Source: a virus
Lineage: Duplodnaviria > Caudoviricetes
Virus record (IMG/VR): IMGVR_UViG_3300021062_000021
Coordinates: 1-51,678 of that record
Length of the DNA: 51,678 nucleotides
Reading direction: 5' to 3' (one strand)
Shown here one piece after another: positions 1-8,413 of this stretch. Made by a program: the position numbers and the translations under genes. The notes beneath the pieces were generated by a model that made no database searches, had not been told where the DNA came from, and was given only the letters and a program-made list of their open reading frames with translations. Numbering within the stretch: position 1 is the stretch's first letter; every line of letters starts with the position of its first letter.

Positions 1-14
1 GGATCGTCTTCATG

Positions 15-140
15 GTTTGCCTATAGAGAATTAGTCGATTCGACGTCCAGGGGCCTCGTTCGCTGGCGGCAGACTCATCTTGTGGGGTGCCGCCATGAGC
101 AACTCGAACCAGCCCCATAGGACGCTTATGGGAACAGCCA
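15..140. repeat. Terminal direct repeat, left copy (126 bp), indicating a circular or complete genome
   Basis: GTTTGCCTATAGAGAA...GGAACAGCCA is identical to 51553-51678. Confidence 0.95.
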
Positions 141-375
141 CCGGCCAGAGGGCAAAGTGCACGAACACAAGCTCCTTGTGCATCAACTCACAGGCCCAGT
201 GATAGCAGTGGTAGCCCTCCCGGCCGCCGTGCTGTTCTTTCCGGTGGACACCGATTCTCCATGCCCGAAACGAGGCGGCGAGTAACCCGACGAACAGATA
301 GCCAATAATCGCCAGCGTCACAATCATTCGTCTCTCCTCATTCGTCAGGTCAGACCTTCTCTTTTCCGGTGCCAC
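31..375 (-). CDS. Small membrane protein (true start may be downstream, MIVTLAII)
   Basis: Two hydrophobic segments, including a WP motif common in small phage membrane proteins. Confidence 0.6.
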   Translation of the reverse strand: MAPEKRRSDLTNEERRMIVTLAIIGYLFVGLLAASFRAWRIGVHRKEQHGGREGYHCYHWACELMHKELVFVHFALWPVAVPISVLWGWFELLMAAPHKMSLPPANEAPGRRID

Positions 376-622
376 CGCAGGCCACGCAAGCCTTCGGGGC
401 TGGCGGGGACAGCTTGTTCACGACGCCCATCAGCTTCTCCGCATCTACTCCGCACATCAGAAGGGCCTCATGGGCCACACCCCCAGTCTCGAACATCAGC
501 GCAATGAGGACATGCTCCGTCCCAAGCATCTCCGATCCGCGCTCTCTGGCGATCCTGTAGGCGTCCCGCATCACCTTGTCCATCCTTGGGGACTGACTCA
601 TCTGACTCATTTCAATCCTCAC
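350..622 (-). CDS. Stand-alone Clp N-terminal (Clp_N) domain protein with C-terminal CxxCxGxG
   Basis: AYRIARERGSEMLGTEHVLIALM..GGVAHEAL matches the ClpA/B/C N-domain repeat. Confidence 0.75.
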   Translation of the reverse strand: MRIEMSQMSQSPRMDKVMRDAYRIARERGSEMLGTEHVLIALMFETGGVAHEALLMCGVDAEKLMGVVNKLSPPAPKACVACGGTGKEKV

Positions 623-623
623 A

Positions 624-773
624 TCAACGCATCAACACGAAACGGTCCTTGTGCCCGCAGCACTCAAGGCAATGGAGCGAGGCCCAGTCCCCGTTCCACT
701 CGTCGGCGCAGGTGCCGAGATTAACGTCGTCGTGGTCGCAATCACAGCACCCATGCGGGGCGGCGTAACCCAT
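624..773 (-). CDS. 49-aa Cys-rich peptide
   Basis: Manual translation MGYAAPHGCCDCDH...CLECCGHKDRFVLMR fills the gap in the operon. Confidence 0.5.
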   Translation of the reverse strand: MGYAAPHGCCDCDHDDVNLGTCADEWNGDWASLHCLECCGHKDRFVLMR

Positions 774-794
774 GCGTCAATCCCTACTAGTTAC

Positions 795-1040
795 TAGCAC
801 ACTTTGTAGCCGTGGCGGGATTCCAACCCCGCTCCCTACGTCCGGACAGGATGCCGCCCGGCTTATTCGGGCGGTCTGAGCTAACACGATCCATTCCGGA
901 GCCTCCAAGCCCAGGTACAAACCTCGGCCTCAGTTTCCCCAACCACCGCGTAACCCCTCCTTGGGCTCTACCCGTGTCTCTGTCAGAGGGACGGAGTTGG
1001 CTTCTCCCTTGGCCGCTCCTCACGGCTACAAAGTGTGCTA
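795..1040 (-). ncRNA. 246-nt structured tRNA/tmRNA-like RNA closed by a 20-bp stem
   Basis: Perfect inverted repeat 795-814/1021-1040; T-arm-like GCGGG-GTTGGAAT-CCCGC stacked on the closing stem; several internal hairpins. Confidence 0.65.
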
Positions 1041-1113
1041 TGCCCCCGGCAGGACTCGAACCTGCATTTGTCTCCTTAGAACGGAGCTGCCGTTCCAGTT
1101 CGGCCACGGGGGC
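1041..1113 (-). tRNA. tRNA-Arg(TCT), no encoded CCA
   Basis: Cloverleaf GCCCCCG/CGGGGGC, D arm GCCG/CGGC, anticodon loop GTTCTAA, T arm GCAGG-TTCGAGT-CCTGC. Confidence 0.88.
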
Positions 1114-1147
1114 GTTCATTCGTCTATCCTCGTTCCGCTGATCTCTG

Positions 1148-1747
1148 TTAGACCAATGAACGTCGCAGGTCCGCGACCCACTTGTTTCGGGCGGCGGTCC
1201 GCTCGTTCTCCTTTCTGACCTCTTCGGTGTACCTCTCGATCCTGTCGTTCAATTCCTCAATCTGGTCCGCTCTCCACTGCTCGCCGGTTCTGATGCTGGC
1301 CTTGTCGAGGTAGTAGGTCCCCGGCTGAGCGTCGAAGCGCATCGTCTCGTCAAGCTGCTGGATCATGAAGTCCTTGAGTCCCTGATGGTCCGGCGTTGGA
1401 GGCTGCCAGTCGGCCACCTGCGAACGCATCGCCAGTAGACGGTCCCGGACGGCCCTGCACTCGTCTACGTGCTTCTGGTGGGCAGCCAGGAGCCTCGAAC
1501 GCTCCTCCCGCTCCTCCTCGTTGCAACGCTGCCATGTCAGCGACGTGACCCGGGCAAGCTCGGCCTTTGCCTTCACCAGTTCCTTCTCGTAGAAGTCGGA
1601 GGGCTTAAACTCTTCGGGGATCGGGGCGTCCAGGGCGTCGTCCCGCATCATGACTAGGGCGCCGAAGTTTCTGGCGCACCGAAGGGCGAAGGTCTTGAAG
1701 TCCGTCACCTTGCCATCGACCACGTCCGCCGTGTATCCCGTGGGCAT
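1148..1747 (-). CDS. Conserved phage hypothetical protein (MPTGYT-start, coiled-coil)
   Basis: 199-aa ORF with GGAGG RBS; N-terminus MPTGYT..F..FAL.CAR.FGA resembles a common phage family. Confidence 0.8.
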   Translation of the reverse strand: MPTGYTADVVDGKVTDFKTFALRCARNFGALVMMRDDALDAPIPEEFKPSDFYEKELVKAKAELARVTSLTWQRCNEEEREERSRLLAAHQKHVDECRAVRDRLLAMRSQVADWQPPTPDHQGLKDFMIQQLDETMRFDAQPGTYYLDKASIRTGEQWRADQIEELNDRIERYTEEVRKENERTAARNKWVADLRRSLV

Positions 1748-1888
1748 CCTGTCCTCCGAAAAAGTGTCTAAGTCGAGCCGGTTGTTCTACGAGAGATACT
1801 TTTCCAACTCAGCCCGCCGCTCGGGCGTCAGCCCCAGCTTCAGGAACTCCTCCTTGCTGTCGAAGACTTCGACAGCCCCGCCACACTG

Positions 1889-2125
1889 TCAGCCGTGGCC
1901 GCTGGAATCCGACCATTCGGAGGCGTGGACGTACTTGCCGTTCTTGAGGCGGAAGATCACCTCCGACGAGGTGTCGTCGTAATTTGACCGATCGCCAGTC
2001 TCGTCGGAGTAAAGCACCACCTCGATGTCGGCCTCAGTGAAGTCGTACTCGATCCTGTGATCGCTGCAATCGGCGGCGGCACCAACAACGGCCATGGCGC
2101 CAGCCGGGGTCAGTTCTTCGCTCAC
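1889..2125 (-). CDS. Hypothetical acidic protein
   Basis: ORF overlaps the neighbouring stop in the operon. Confidence 0.55.
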   Translation of the reverse strand: MSEELTPAGAMAVVGAAADCSDHRIEYDFTEADIEVVLYSDETGDRSNYDDTSSEVIFRLKNGKYVHASEWSDSSGHG

Positions 2126-2412
2126 TTGGCCCCCTTAGACGAATCGCTGGAATTGTCGCTGTCGGTATCGACGCCGGGAAGGCGCGGCGGGATCGCGTTG
2201 AGGATCTCCTCGAGAGCCCGCATCCCGTTAACCCTGACCTTCCAGGCCGCCGAGCCAGCCTCATACCCGCCGAACGTGTGGGTGCAGGCGTACCGCTTGC
2301 AGCCCTTGTCGCACGTCGAGCCCATGAACTCGTGATCTTCCCTGAGATCCTCGAGCAACTCCCGCAGGTGGTGCGCCAGTACATCCCGGATTTCGACCTT
2401 TGCGTTTGTCAT
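2122..2412 (-). CDS. Hypothetical protein
   Basis: ATGA-coupled operon ORF. Confidence 0.6.
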   Translation of the reverse strand: MTNAKVEIRDVLAHHLRELLEDLREDHEFMGSTCDKGCKRYACTHTFGGYEAGSAAWKVRVNGMRALEEILNAIPPRLPGVDTDSDNSSDSSKGAK

Positions 2413-2678
2413 GAATCACGCTTCGGATACCACGCGCCCGTATAGGGCGTGGTGCTCCGCTCAAGTGCCTTGGTCAAATCATTCACCAGCCGAACCCGAT
2501 CCTCGGAGAGCGACAGCGCCACGGCGGTAATCGCGTACTCCCAGGGCACCTTGCCCATCAGGTGCATCTGGAGGGCGTGGAACAGGTACGGGCACTTCTT
2601 AGCCCGCTCCTTGATCTCATCCATGTTGGACTTATGGAGCAGCTCCCAGTCCGGTCCGTCTTCATTCGTTTTTGTCAC
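2409..2678 (-). CDS. Hypothetical protein
   Basis: Operon ORF. Confidence 0.6.
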   Translation of the reverse strand: MTKTNEDGPDWELLHKSNMDEIKERAKKCPYLFHALQMHLMGKVPWEYAITAVALSLSEDRVRLVNDLTKALERSTTPYTGAWYPKRDS

Positions 2679-2685
2679 GGTTCAT

Positions 2686-2964
2686 CTACTCCCGGTCGTC
2701 TCCGACTTCGGGCATCTCGAACTCGATGGGGGCCACCGATGATTTGTCCTTGTCGAACTGTCTGGCCCACTCGTCAGCCGCTCGCGGAAGCCGGAAGGCC
2801 CGCTCCCCGATGTAGACCATGGGCATCTCAACGATGACCTCGACGTGCCCCATATCGTGAAGGGCGCAGGCAATCGCGCAACTCTCGTCACGCTCGGGCT
2901 CCCCCTCGTCGATATGCTTCTGCTCGACCTTGACCTTCATAGTGACTCTCTCCGAATAGCTCAT
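2686..2964 (-). CDS. Hypothetical protein, likely paralog of 4531-5016 (start approximate)
   Basis: KVKVEQKHID...SCAIACA...FD motif. Confidence 0.65.
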   Translation of the reverse strand: MSYSERVTMKVKVEQKHIDEGEPERDESCAIACALHDMGHVEVIVEMPMVYIGERAFRLPRAADEWARQFDKDKSSVAPIEFEMPEVGDDRE

Positions 2965-3332
2965 CACTCTGCCATGTAACAATCGCGGCAAGTCTCGAAC
3001 GTGTCCTGCTTGATTAGTCCGCACACGTCGCACTTGTGGCCGGGGCCGTCGTCGGCCAACATTCCATGCACGTCCTTTGTCTTGGGCTCATGGAACCGCT
3101 TTAAGGCGGTAGGCCGAAGAGCCTTGTACGAGATATTGATCGCCCGGAACCGGATCTCCACCAACTCCTCAACGTTCGCCCCGGCAGGAAGCGCATTGAT
3201 CTCCTCCAGAGCCTTCCGATATTCATCGTTCTGAAGAAGGGCAGCGGACAGTTTGGCGTTGACCTCTTGCCACTCCGTCCAGCAAGCCGCGTCGGGGGAG
3301 CAGTCGCCGCCGTGCTTCACACAGTAACTCAT
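2964..3332 (-). CDS. Hypothetical Zn-finger/coiled-coil protein
   Basis: CxxC pairs and YRKALEEI. Confidence 0.6.
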   Translation of the reverse strand: MSYCVKHGGDCSPDAACWTEWQEVNAKLSAALLQNDEYRKALEEINALPAGANVEELVEIRFRAINISYKALRPTALKRFHEPKTKDVHGMLADDGPGHKCDVCGLIKQDTFETCRDCYMAE

Positions 3333-3333
3333 G

Positions 3334-3570
3334 CTATTGCCCGTCCTTGTACCCGTTGTATTCCTTCACCTTGATCTTCCGCAGTTCAGCGATGATCTTT
3401 CGTTCTGCCGCGTCCATCCATTCGCGCAGTTGCTTGTTCGTCGGCGTCTTGCCGGGCGTGACGCCCTGGATCTCATCCTCCCATGCGCGGGAGAACAGCC
3501 CGGCGAGGGTATCCCGCTCGATCCAGTCCAACCGGCGCATGGCTTTCTCGGCTCTCGTCATTTTCGCCAT
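3334..3570 (-). CDS. Hypothetical protein
   Basis: Operon ORF. Confidence 0.6.
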   Translation of the reverse strand: MAKMTRAEKAMRRLDWIERDTLAGLFSRAWEDEIQGVTPGKTPTNKQLREWMDAAERKIIAELRKIKVKEYNGYKDGQ

Positions 3571-3572
3571 AG

Positions 3573-3839
3573 CTAAGAACTCTGTACTTCCTCTTTGGCC
3601 GTGAAGACCGGGTGGGACTCAACGAACACGGTGTACTTCCGCGTCTTCCCATCCAGGTCGATCACGAAGACTTCGCAGTCGGAGCAGTAGTCGAAGTTGC
3701 CGTGATTCCGCTCGACGAACTTCTCCGCCGCATCGCCAGCGTCGTAAGCCTCGACAGTCGTGGGATCGTCCCTCCCGTTCCACCCTTCCGTCCAGACCTT
3801 GAATGCCGCGCTCATACTGTGGCCTTTCTTATTGGTCAT
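3573..3839 (-). CDS. Hypothetical protein
   Basis: Operon ORF coupled to the methyltransferase stop. Confidence 0.6.
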   Translation of the reverse strand: MTNKKGHSMSAAFKVWTEGWNGRDDPTTVEAYDAGDAAEKFVERNHGNFDYCSDCEVFVIDLDGKTRKYTVFVESHPVFTAKEEVQSS

Positions 3840-4288
3840 CCGACCTTCGCTTTACTCTCGGCGGGTGGCCGATACACGACCACCGCAGAGGGGAAGGGGG
3901 CCGAGTTCGTCGCGTCCCCGAACTTCAGCCGCCCCCTTACGAACCTGATTTCCGCGCCTACCCCGATGCACAGGTCTTGGAACCAGGCCGTATCGACGCG
4001 GGCCGGGACCAAGCACACCACGGTTGCCCCTTTCTGGCTCTCCTCGTAGGCTTTCGCCATCCACTTAGGCAGGTCTCCCCCATAAGGCGGGTTCATCCAG
4101 CAAACCGCTGGCGCCCACCGCTGCATGAGCCCGTTCGAGTTCATGTCAAAGAACCGATCGCACTTGTGGTTCTTCTCGTCGGCGCAGACGTCAAGCTGGA
4201 AGCCGAACTCCTTATCGAGTTCCTTGAAGAACCCGAGTGGAGTAGGCCAGTCGCAGGACTGGCTCTTGAACATGGCTTCCTTACTCAT
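3836..4288 (-). CDS. Phage DNA N6-adenine methyltransferase (phage Dam-like family)
   Basis: W.TP..F..LD.EF.F.LDVCA, WMNPPYG, VCLVPARVDTAWF, GRLKFG..NSAPFPS. Confidence 0.92.
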   Translation of the reverse strand: MSKEAMFKSQSCDWPTPLGFFKELDKEFGFQLDVCADEKNHKCDRFFDMNSNGLMQRWAPAVCWMNPPYGGDLPKWMAKAYEESQKGATVVCLVPARVDTAWFQDLCIGVGAEIRFVRGRLKFGDATNSAPFPSAVVVYRPPAESKAKVG

Positions 4289-4310
4289 CCGTCAAAGCCC
4301 TTTCAGTCGA

Positions 4311-4517
4311 TCAGCGAACCAATAACCCAAGGTGCTTACACTTCTCGTAAGCTTGTTCTCTCTGGGAGTCCCTGTTCCCGTCGAAGTCCCCAAGGCCAAC
4401 CTTGTCGTAGAGGCTGACCGTACACCAACCCGTTTCATGTGGGCGAAGGTGCTGGAGACAGTAGACCCACGTTCCAAGTTCGTGGTCATCGGTCGCCTTT
4501 GTTTGGTTCACGATCAA
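4311..4517 (-). CDS. Hypothetical protein (WVYC.QH.RPHETGWC)
   Basis: Operon ORF with Cys/His motif. Confidence 0.55.
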   Translation of the reverse strand: MIVNQTKATDDHELGTWVYCLQHLRPHETGWCTVSLYDKVGLGDFDGNRDSQREQAYEKCKHLGLLVR

Positions 4518-4530
4518 ACCTCGCTTTCGT

Positions 4531-5016
4531 CTACTCGTCTTTCCCGACGTAGACCGTCTGGCTCCTAAGGCCGTCCGTCAGGTGGTACAGGACCGGCTTC
4601 CGGTACTTCTTCAGACCGCGAGGCTTCGTGTGATTGCCACCCGTCTTGTTCTTGCGATCCAGGCGCTCCCTATCGCTCACGGGGGAAAGCTGATACTCGC
4701 CTGGGCGGAAGTCTCCGGTACGGTCGAAGCACACGATTTCCCGAGTGATACTCTCGGGGACGCGGTAGCGGACGGCGAGGTTTCCCTTCACCAGAAAGGC
4801 CATGCGGGGGAAGACGAGGGCGGAATCGCACACTCCCTCGCGTTCACAGGCCCGTGCCATCGCGCAAGAATCGTGGGTCTTCACTTTGGCCTTTTCCACG
4901 TCGGACTTCTTGACCGTGATCTTGATGGGCTTGTTTGCGTCAGCCACCCGGTCAACCTCGGGGAAGTAGTGCTGGACGCGCCGCACGATCAGGGGAAGCC
5001 TCTGAGTGTCGCTCAT
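4531..5016 (-). CDS. Hypothetical protein, likely paralog of 2686-2964
   Basis: ITVKKSDVEK...SCAMARAC...FD motif; GGAGAG RBS. Confidence 0.7.
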   Translation of the reverse strand: MSDTQRLPLIVRRVQHYFPEVDRVADANKPIKITVKKSDVEKAKVKTHDSCAMARACEREGVCDSALVFPRMAFLVKGNLAVRYRVPESITREIVCFDRTGDFRPGEYQLSPVSDRERLDRKNKTGGNHTKPRGLKKYRKPVLYHLTDGLRSQTVYVGKDE

Positions 5017-5053
5017 GTCTCTCTCCTATAAAAAGTGTGTTAGAAAATTCGGT

Positions 5054-5443
5054 TCATCCGACCTGTTCTTTATTCAGAACCTTGAGGCGCGCTTCCGCGA
5101 CATCAAGTAGCCTCACGGCCTCTATCAACTGGGCGTTGTCGGCGTGGGAGAGATTCTTGTTGGCCTCTAGGTGCTTCGCAGACGCGACGTACGCCTCTGC
5201 CGCCAGCACAACGGCGTTCCTAGCCCGATTGACCGCGTATTGGGCGTTTCTGAACTCTTCCTCGCTCTTCCAGCGGGCGCTACGCGCTTCGTCCCTCGCC
5301 TTCACGGAGGAGGGGGCGTGTTGCTTGCACCAGCCCTTGCCCTCCTCGGTGACGCTTGCCTTCCGTGTGCATTGCGATAGGTGGTAGGTGCCGAACATCC
5401 CGGTGTGCGAACACCTAGCCGGGTCACGCTTCGTCACGTTCAT
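5054..5443 (-). CDS. Hypothetical Zn-finger protein (C..C..WCKQH)
   Basis: Operon ORF. Confidence 0.65.
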   Translation of the reverse strand: MNVTKRDPARCSHTGMFGTYHLSQCTRKASVTEEGKGWCKQHAPSSVKARDEARSARWKSEEEFRNAQYAVNRARNAVVLAAEAYVASAKHLEANKNLSHADNAQLIEAVRLLDVAEARLKVLNKEQVG

Positions 5444-5446
5444 AAA

Positions 5447-5770
5447 TCATCCCTTCGACGCTTCGCTCTTTACGGGCGCGGACCCCAAGACCCGCTCAGC
5501 CATGCAACCGGCGCAGCCCTCTAGGCGCGGCTCGTCTCCCTTGGGGTGGACAAGTTGGCGGATCTCCTCAAGGGCCTTGCGGTAACGCTCTGCTGCCCAG
5601 CCAGCCAACGCACGGCCCAAGGAAGGTCCAGAACGTCGGATCTCGTCCACCTTCGCGAGAGCGGCCGATTCTGCGCGTTGGCAGCGGCGGTTAAGCTCCG
5701 ACACCTTCTCCTTCAGCCGCGCATTCTCGGCTAGAAGCTCCATCGTTTCTTGCTCAGTGAGAGGCGTCAT
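5447..5770 (-). CDS. Hypothetical coiled-coil protein
   Basis: LNRRCQRAESA and RYRKALEEI segments. Confidence 0.65.
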   Translation of the reverse strand: MTPLTEQETMELLAENARLKEKVSELNRRCQRAESAALAKVDEIRRSGPSLGRALAGWAAERYRKALEEIRQLVHPKGDEPRLEGCAGCMAERVLGSAPVKSEASKG

Positions 5771-5785
5771 AGATCTCCACGTCGA

Positions 5786-5923
5786 TCAAAGACACTTCCC
5801 GCACCGCTCGCATGTAAACCGGTACATCGACTGCCAGCCGTTGAGCCCAGGGTAGCCCCCGACCCACTCCTCGAAACCGATGTGGCCCCGGAACCAGCAG
5901 ACGACTCTTTTGATGAGGTTCAT
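5786..5923 (-). CDS. 45-aa DUF1660-like Zn-finger peptide
   Basis: Manual translation MNLIKRVVCWFRGH...CERCGKCL. Confidence 0.55.
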   Translation of the reverse strand: MNLIKRVVCWFRGHIGFEEWVGGYPGLNGWQSMYRFTCERCGKCL

Positions 5924-5926
5924 AGG

Positions 5927-6133
5927 TTACTTAAACGAAAGCTCTTTCCCGTGGTGCATCACGCGCATCTTCACGCGGTCTATCCCGGCCTCTTCGTGCT
6001 GGTAACTCATGGTGTAGAGGGCGAACGCCTTCGCGTCCTTCTGATACCTGAAGGCTGCGACCGGCGCCCACTCTGTCCAGTTTCCGAGGCCATCAGTTGA
6101 TTGGCTCTCGACGATGTATTCCATGGCTCTCAC
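5927..6133 (-). CDS. Hypothetical protein
   Basis: AGGAGG RBS, operon ORF. Confidence 0.6.
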   Translation of the reverse strand: MRAMEYIVESQSTDGLGNWTEWAPVAAFRYQKDAKAFALYTMSYQHEEAGIDRVKMRVMHHGKELSFK

Positions 6134-6442
6134 TATCCTCCTTCGGCGTAATCCGCCGCCAACGGTTCCTCCGCAGTCGAGTTAATAACCTTTGGTCGTT
6201 ATTTTCTTGGGCCTATCCGCGCTTCTTGAGCATCTCGTTCTGCTGTTCAACGATAGCCAGTGCTTCCTCAGCTCTGCGCATCCAATCTGCCAACTTCTGA
6301 ACGACTGTGGAGAACAGCAACTCTAGGCACTTGTCGCACCCAGCCGCCATGTTGATAGCCGTCTCGTTCTTGGCAAACTTCAACTGAGCGCGGCAAGCGT
6401 CACAGGCTGGTATGCTTCTGGCCTGTTTTAGATCGTCCACGG

Positions 6443-6640
6443 CTACGCCCACTCCACTTCGACAACCTCTTCCAACGTCCCATCGTCCACAACCGAGGCG
6501 AGCGCCAGCTTCAGTTCGATGGCCTCTTCCTCGGTCATCTTGGCGACCAGCTCCCCGTTGGCGAAGAGGTTGATGAAGAACTTCCCTTCCGGGCCCTTCT
6601 TCGAACGCACAACCAGAATCTTCATAGTTCCTCCGTTCAT
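6443..6640 (-). CDS. Hypothetical protein
   Basis: GGAGG RBS before MKILVV. Confidence 0.55.
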   Translation of the reverse strand: MNGGTMKILVVRSKKGPEGKFFINLFANGELVAKMTEEEAIELKLALASVVDDGTLEEVVEVEWA

Positions 6641-6998
6641 TTGATGTGGCTCCTTCTTGCCAATCGTCTAATTCTGGGACATCCAGAAAATCCACTTGCC
6701 GCTGCCGACGTAGAACCAACTGCACCATTTACCCTTTGGCCACATAGGTACCCCTACTTGTCTTCGCCGATGATTTCGTTCGCAACGTTCTGGGCATTGA
6801 ACACGCGCTGGACTTTGACCTTGCACTCCTCGGCATCTGTGAAGATGTCGGCGGCGCAAGCATCCGACAGTTCCCGGAGGGCGGCGTGGGCGCACTCGAG
6901 ACATTTGGATTGATGCCGCTGAAGCTCCCCCTGGCTCTGCCTCTTGATCCCACACAGCGCGTTATAGGTCGTCATAGTGTCCTTGTCCTTCCTGCTCT

Positions 6999-7256
6999 TC
7001 AGACCTTCGCCGTTTTCTTGTCGCGCAACACGTTCAGGAGCCGCTCTGCGAGGCTGGCGAAATGCTCGGCGCTCGCCTTCCGGTCGGCGGCGTTTGACAT
7101 CCGGCAGGTCCCGTAGGAGGCGACTTCCTCCAGAATCGAGGCAAGTTCTTCGGCCGCGCCTCCGCGACCAGCCATGAGCGTGAAGTAGCAATCCATGTGA
7201 CCGTTCACGGCATCGTCACCACACACCCGGCATTCGTACTCGTTCTTCGCGCTCAT
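6999..7256 (-). CDS. Zn-finger hypothetical protein, first gene of the leftward operon
   Basis: GGAGG RBS; CRVC...H.DC. Confidence 0.65.
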   Translation of the reverse strand: MSAKNEYECRVCGDDAVNGHMDCYFTLMAGRGGAAEELASILEEVASYGTCRMSNAADRKASAEHFASLAERLLNVLRDKKTAKV

Positions 7257-7304
7257 CTCGTCCTCCGTTCTTTCGTCCTTGTCTTTATCTCAATCGCTAC
7301 CTAC

Positions 7305-7400
7305 ACAGACTATACGCCATCCGTATGAAAAAGTTTCAGAAAATCGCATACGGATTGCGAATATTTGTCAAAAAGTCTGGTTTTGAGCGTATAACTAGTG
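7305..7400. promoter_or_regulatory. Divergent promoter region with inverted operator ATCCGTATG / CATACGGAT
   Basis: 9-bp inverted repeat at 7319-7327 and 7347-7355; rightward TTGTCA(7365)..TATAAC(7390); leftward TATAGT -10 near 7310. Confidence 0.6.
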
Positions 7401-7401
7401 C

Positions 7402-7572
7402 ATGAGCAAAAAGGATCAGAAGATGGAAGACTCCCGCGAGAAGTGGTCCACGGTGGCGCTCCCCAGGGACATGGTGGAGCGGCTCCGGTCGGAGGCGAAG
7501 GCCCAAGACAGGAGCTTGTCCTGGTGGCTGCGCCATATCGTTGAGCAGCACTTCGTCAGCAGGGGCAAATAG
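7402..7572 (+). CDS. Ribbon-helix-helix (Arc/CopG-like) regulator, probably leaderless
   Basis: Manual translation MSKKDQKMEDSREKWSTVALPRDMVERLRSEAKAQDRSLSWWLRHIVEQHF; ATG 6 nt after the -10 box. Confidence 0.8.
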   Translation: MSKKDQKMEDSREKWSTVALPRDMVERLRSEAKAQDRSLSWWLRHIVEQHFVSRGK

Positions 7573-7575
7573 AAA

Positions 7576-7618
7576 GCGGGAACCGGAGGGCGAGGGAAAA
7601 TTAACCCTCCGGTCCCGC
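7576..7618. terminator. Hairpin between convergent genes
   Basis: GCGGGAACCGGAGGG / CCCTCCGGTCCCGC. Confidence 0.55.
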
Positions 7619-7860
7619 ACATGAGGAGACTTGGTATTCACTGGATCGCCCACACCAGGAAGACCACCAGGGCGACCATGAGCCCGAGCGCCAGCAGGAT
7701 CATCGGGACCCGCTCGGGATCGCGGTATCCCGGGCCGTAGTACGTGCGGTTAGGATCGAACTTCCTCACTGCTTCCTCCGTCTCTCCACAAGGCACAAAA
7801 TCGCCCACGTCAGGATTCCGCCAAGGATGCCTATGACGATGGGAAGCAGCCTTTCGACGC

Positions 7861-8079
7861 TCACGCTTCCACCCATTCGTCAGGCTTTGAAGATGGCTCC
7901 GCGCTACCCTCGCCAGCTTGCGCCGGCTGCTCTCGCGGTGGAACCATCAATATTTGCGCCGACCTCGCCCAGCCTCGCCCCTCGCATTCACGGCAGGTAA
8001 ACAGGAAGTTCGGGAAGTTCTTCCAGTTGAGCAGGAGCCCAACCCCGTCACAGATCCTGCAGACAACGGGAATAGGCAT
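7861..8079 (-). CDS. DnaJ-type CxxCxGxG Zn-finger small protein
   Basis: CRICDGVG ... CRECEGRG. Confidence 0.6.
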   Translation of the reverse strand: MPIPVVCRICDGVGLLLNWKNFPNFLFTCRECEGRGWARSAQILMVPPREQPAQAGEGSAEPSSKPDEWVEA

Positions 8080-8312
8080 CAGGCCACCAGCCAGTACCGA
8101 TAGACCTTGGATCCCGTCTCCGTGGTCTCCTGGTACTCGCAGGAGATCGACACGCCGTTGTGGCGTAGGGCGCTGACCTCAGTAGCCGGATTGAGAGCTC
8201 CCGAAGCGTCCGAAATCTCCTTCGTAGTCGCTCCCCTCGGGCCTCGCTCCCGGAGGAGGGCAAGGATCGCCTGGAGTCTCCTGGACTTTTCCAGCTTCGC
8301 AACGTGCATCAT
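8079..8312 (-). CDS. Winged helix-turn-helix protein
   Basis: ILALLRE.G..GATT.EI...VSALRHNGVSI...Y.Y.L. Confidence 0.75.
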   Translation of the reverse strand: MMHVAKLEKSRRLQAILALLRERGPRGATTKEISDASGALNPATEVSALRHNGVSISCEYQETTETGSKVYRYWLVA

Positions 8313-8413
8313 GGCCTCTCGTCTCCTTGCAGTTCAGGTGTCGGATTTCGTGATACGACCCGATCCCCTTTTCCGACAGGATCAGGTCCCCCTTGCGAAT
8401 AGGCCGCGAACAC

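Noticed and set aside
795-1040. Retron msr-msd (a1/a2 inverted repeats) or MITE
   Set aside because: No reverse transcriptase or transposase in the genome, only one copy, and a T-arm that favours a tRNA mimic
1072-1088. Reading the tRNA as an amber suppressor (CTA in TTCTAAG)
   Set aside because: The stem CTCC/GGAG centres the 7-nt loop GTTCTAA on TCT (Arg); a CTA-centred register has no stem
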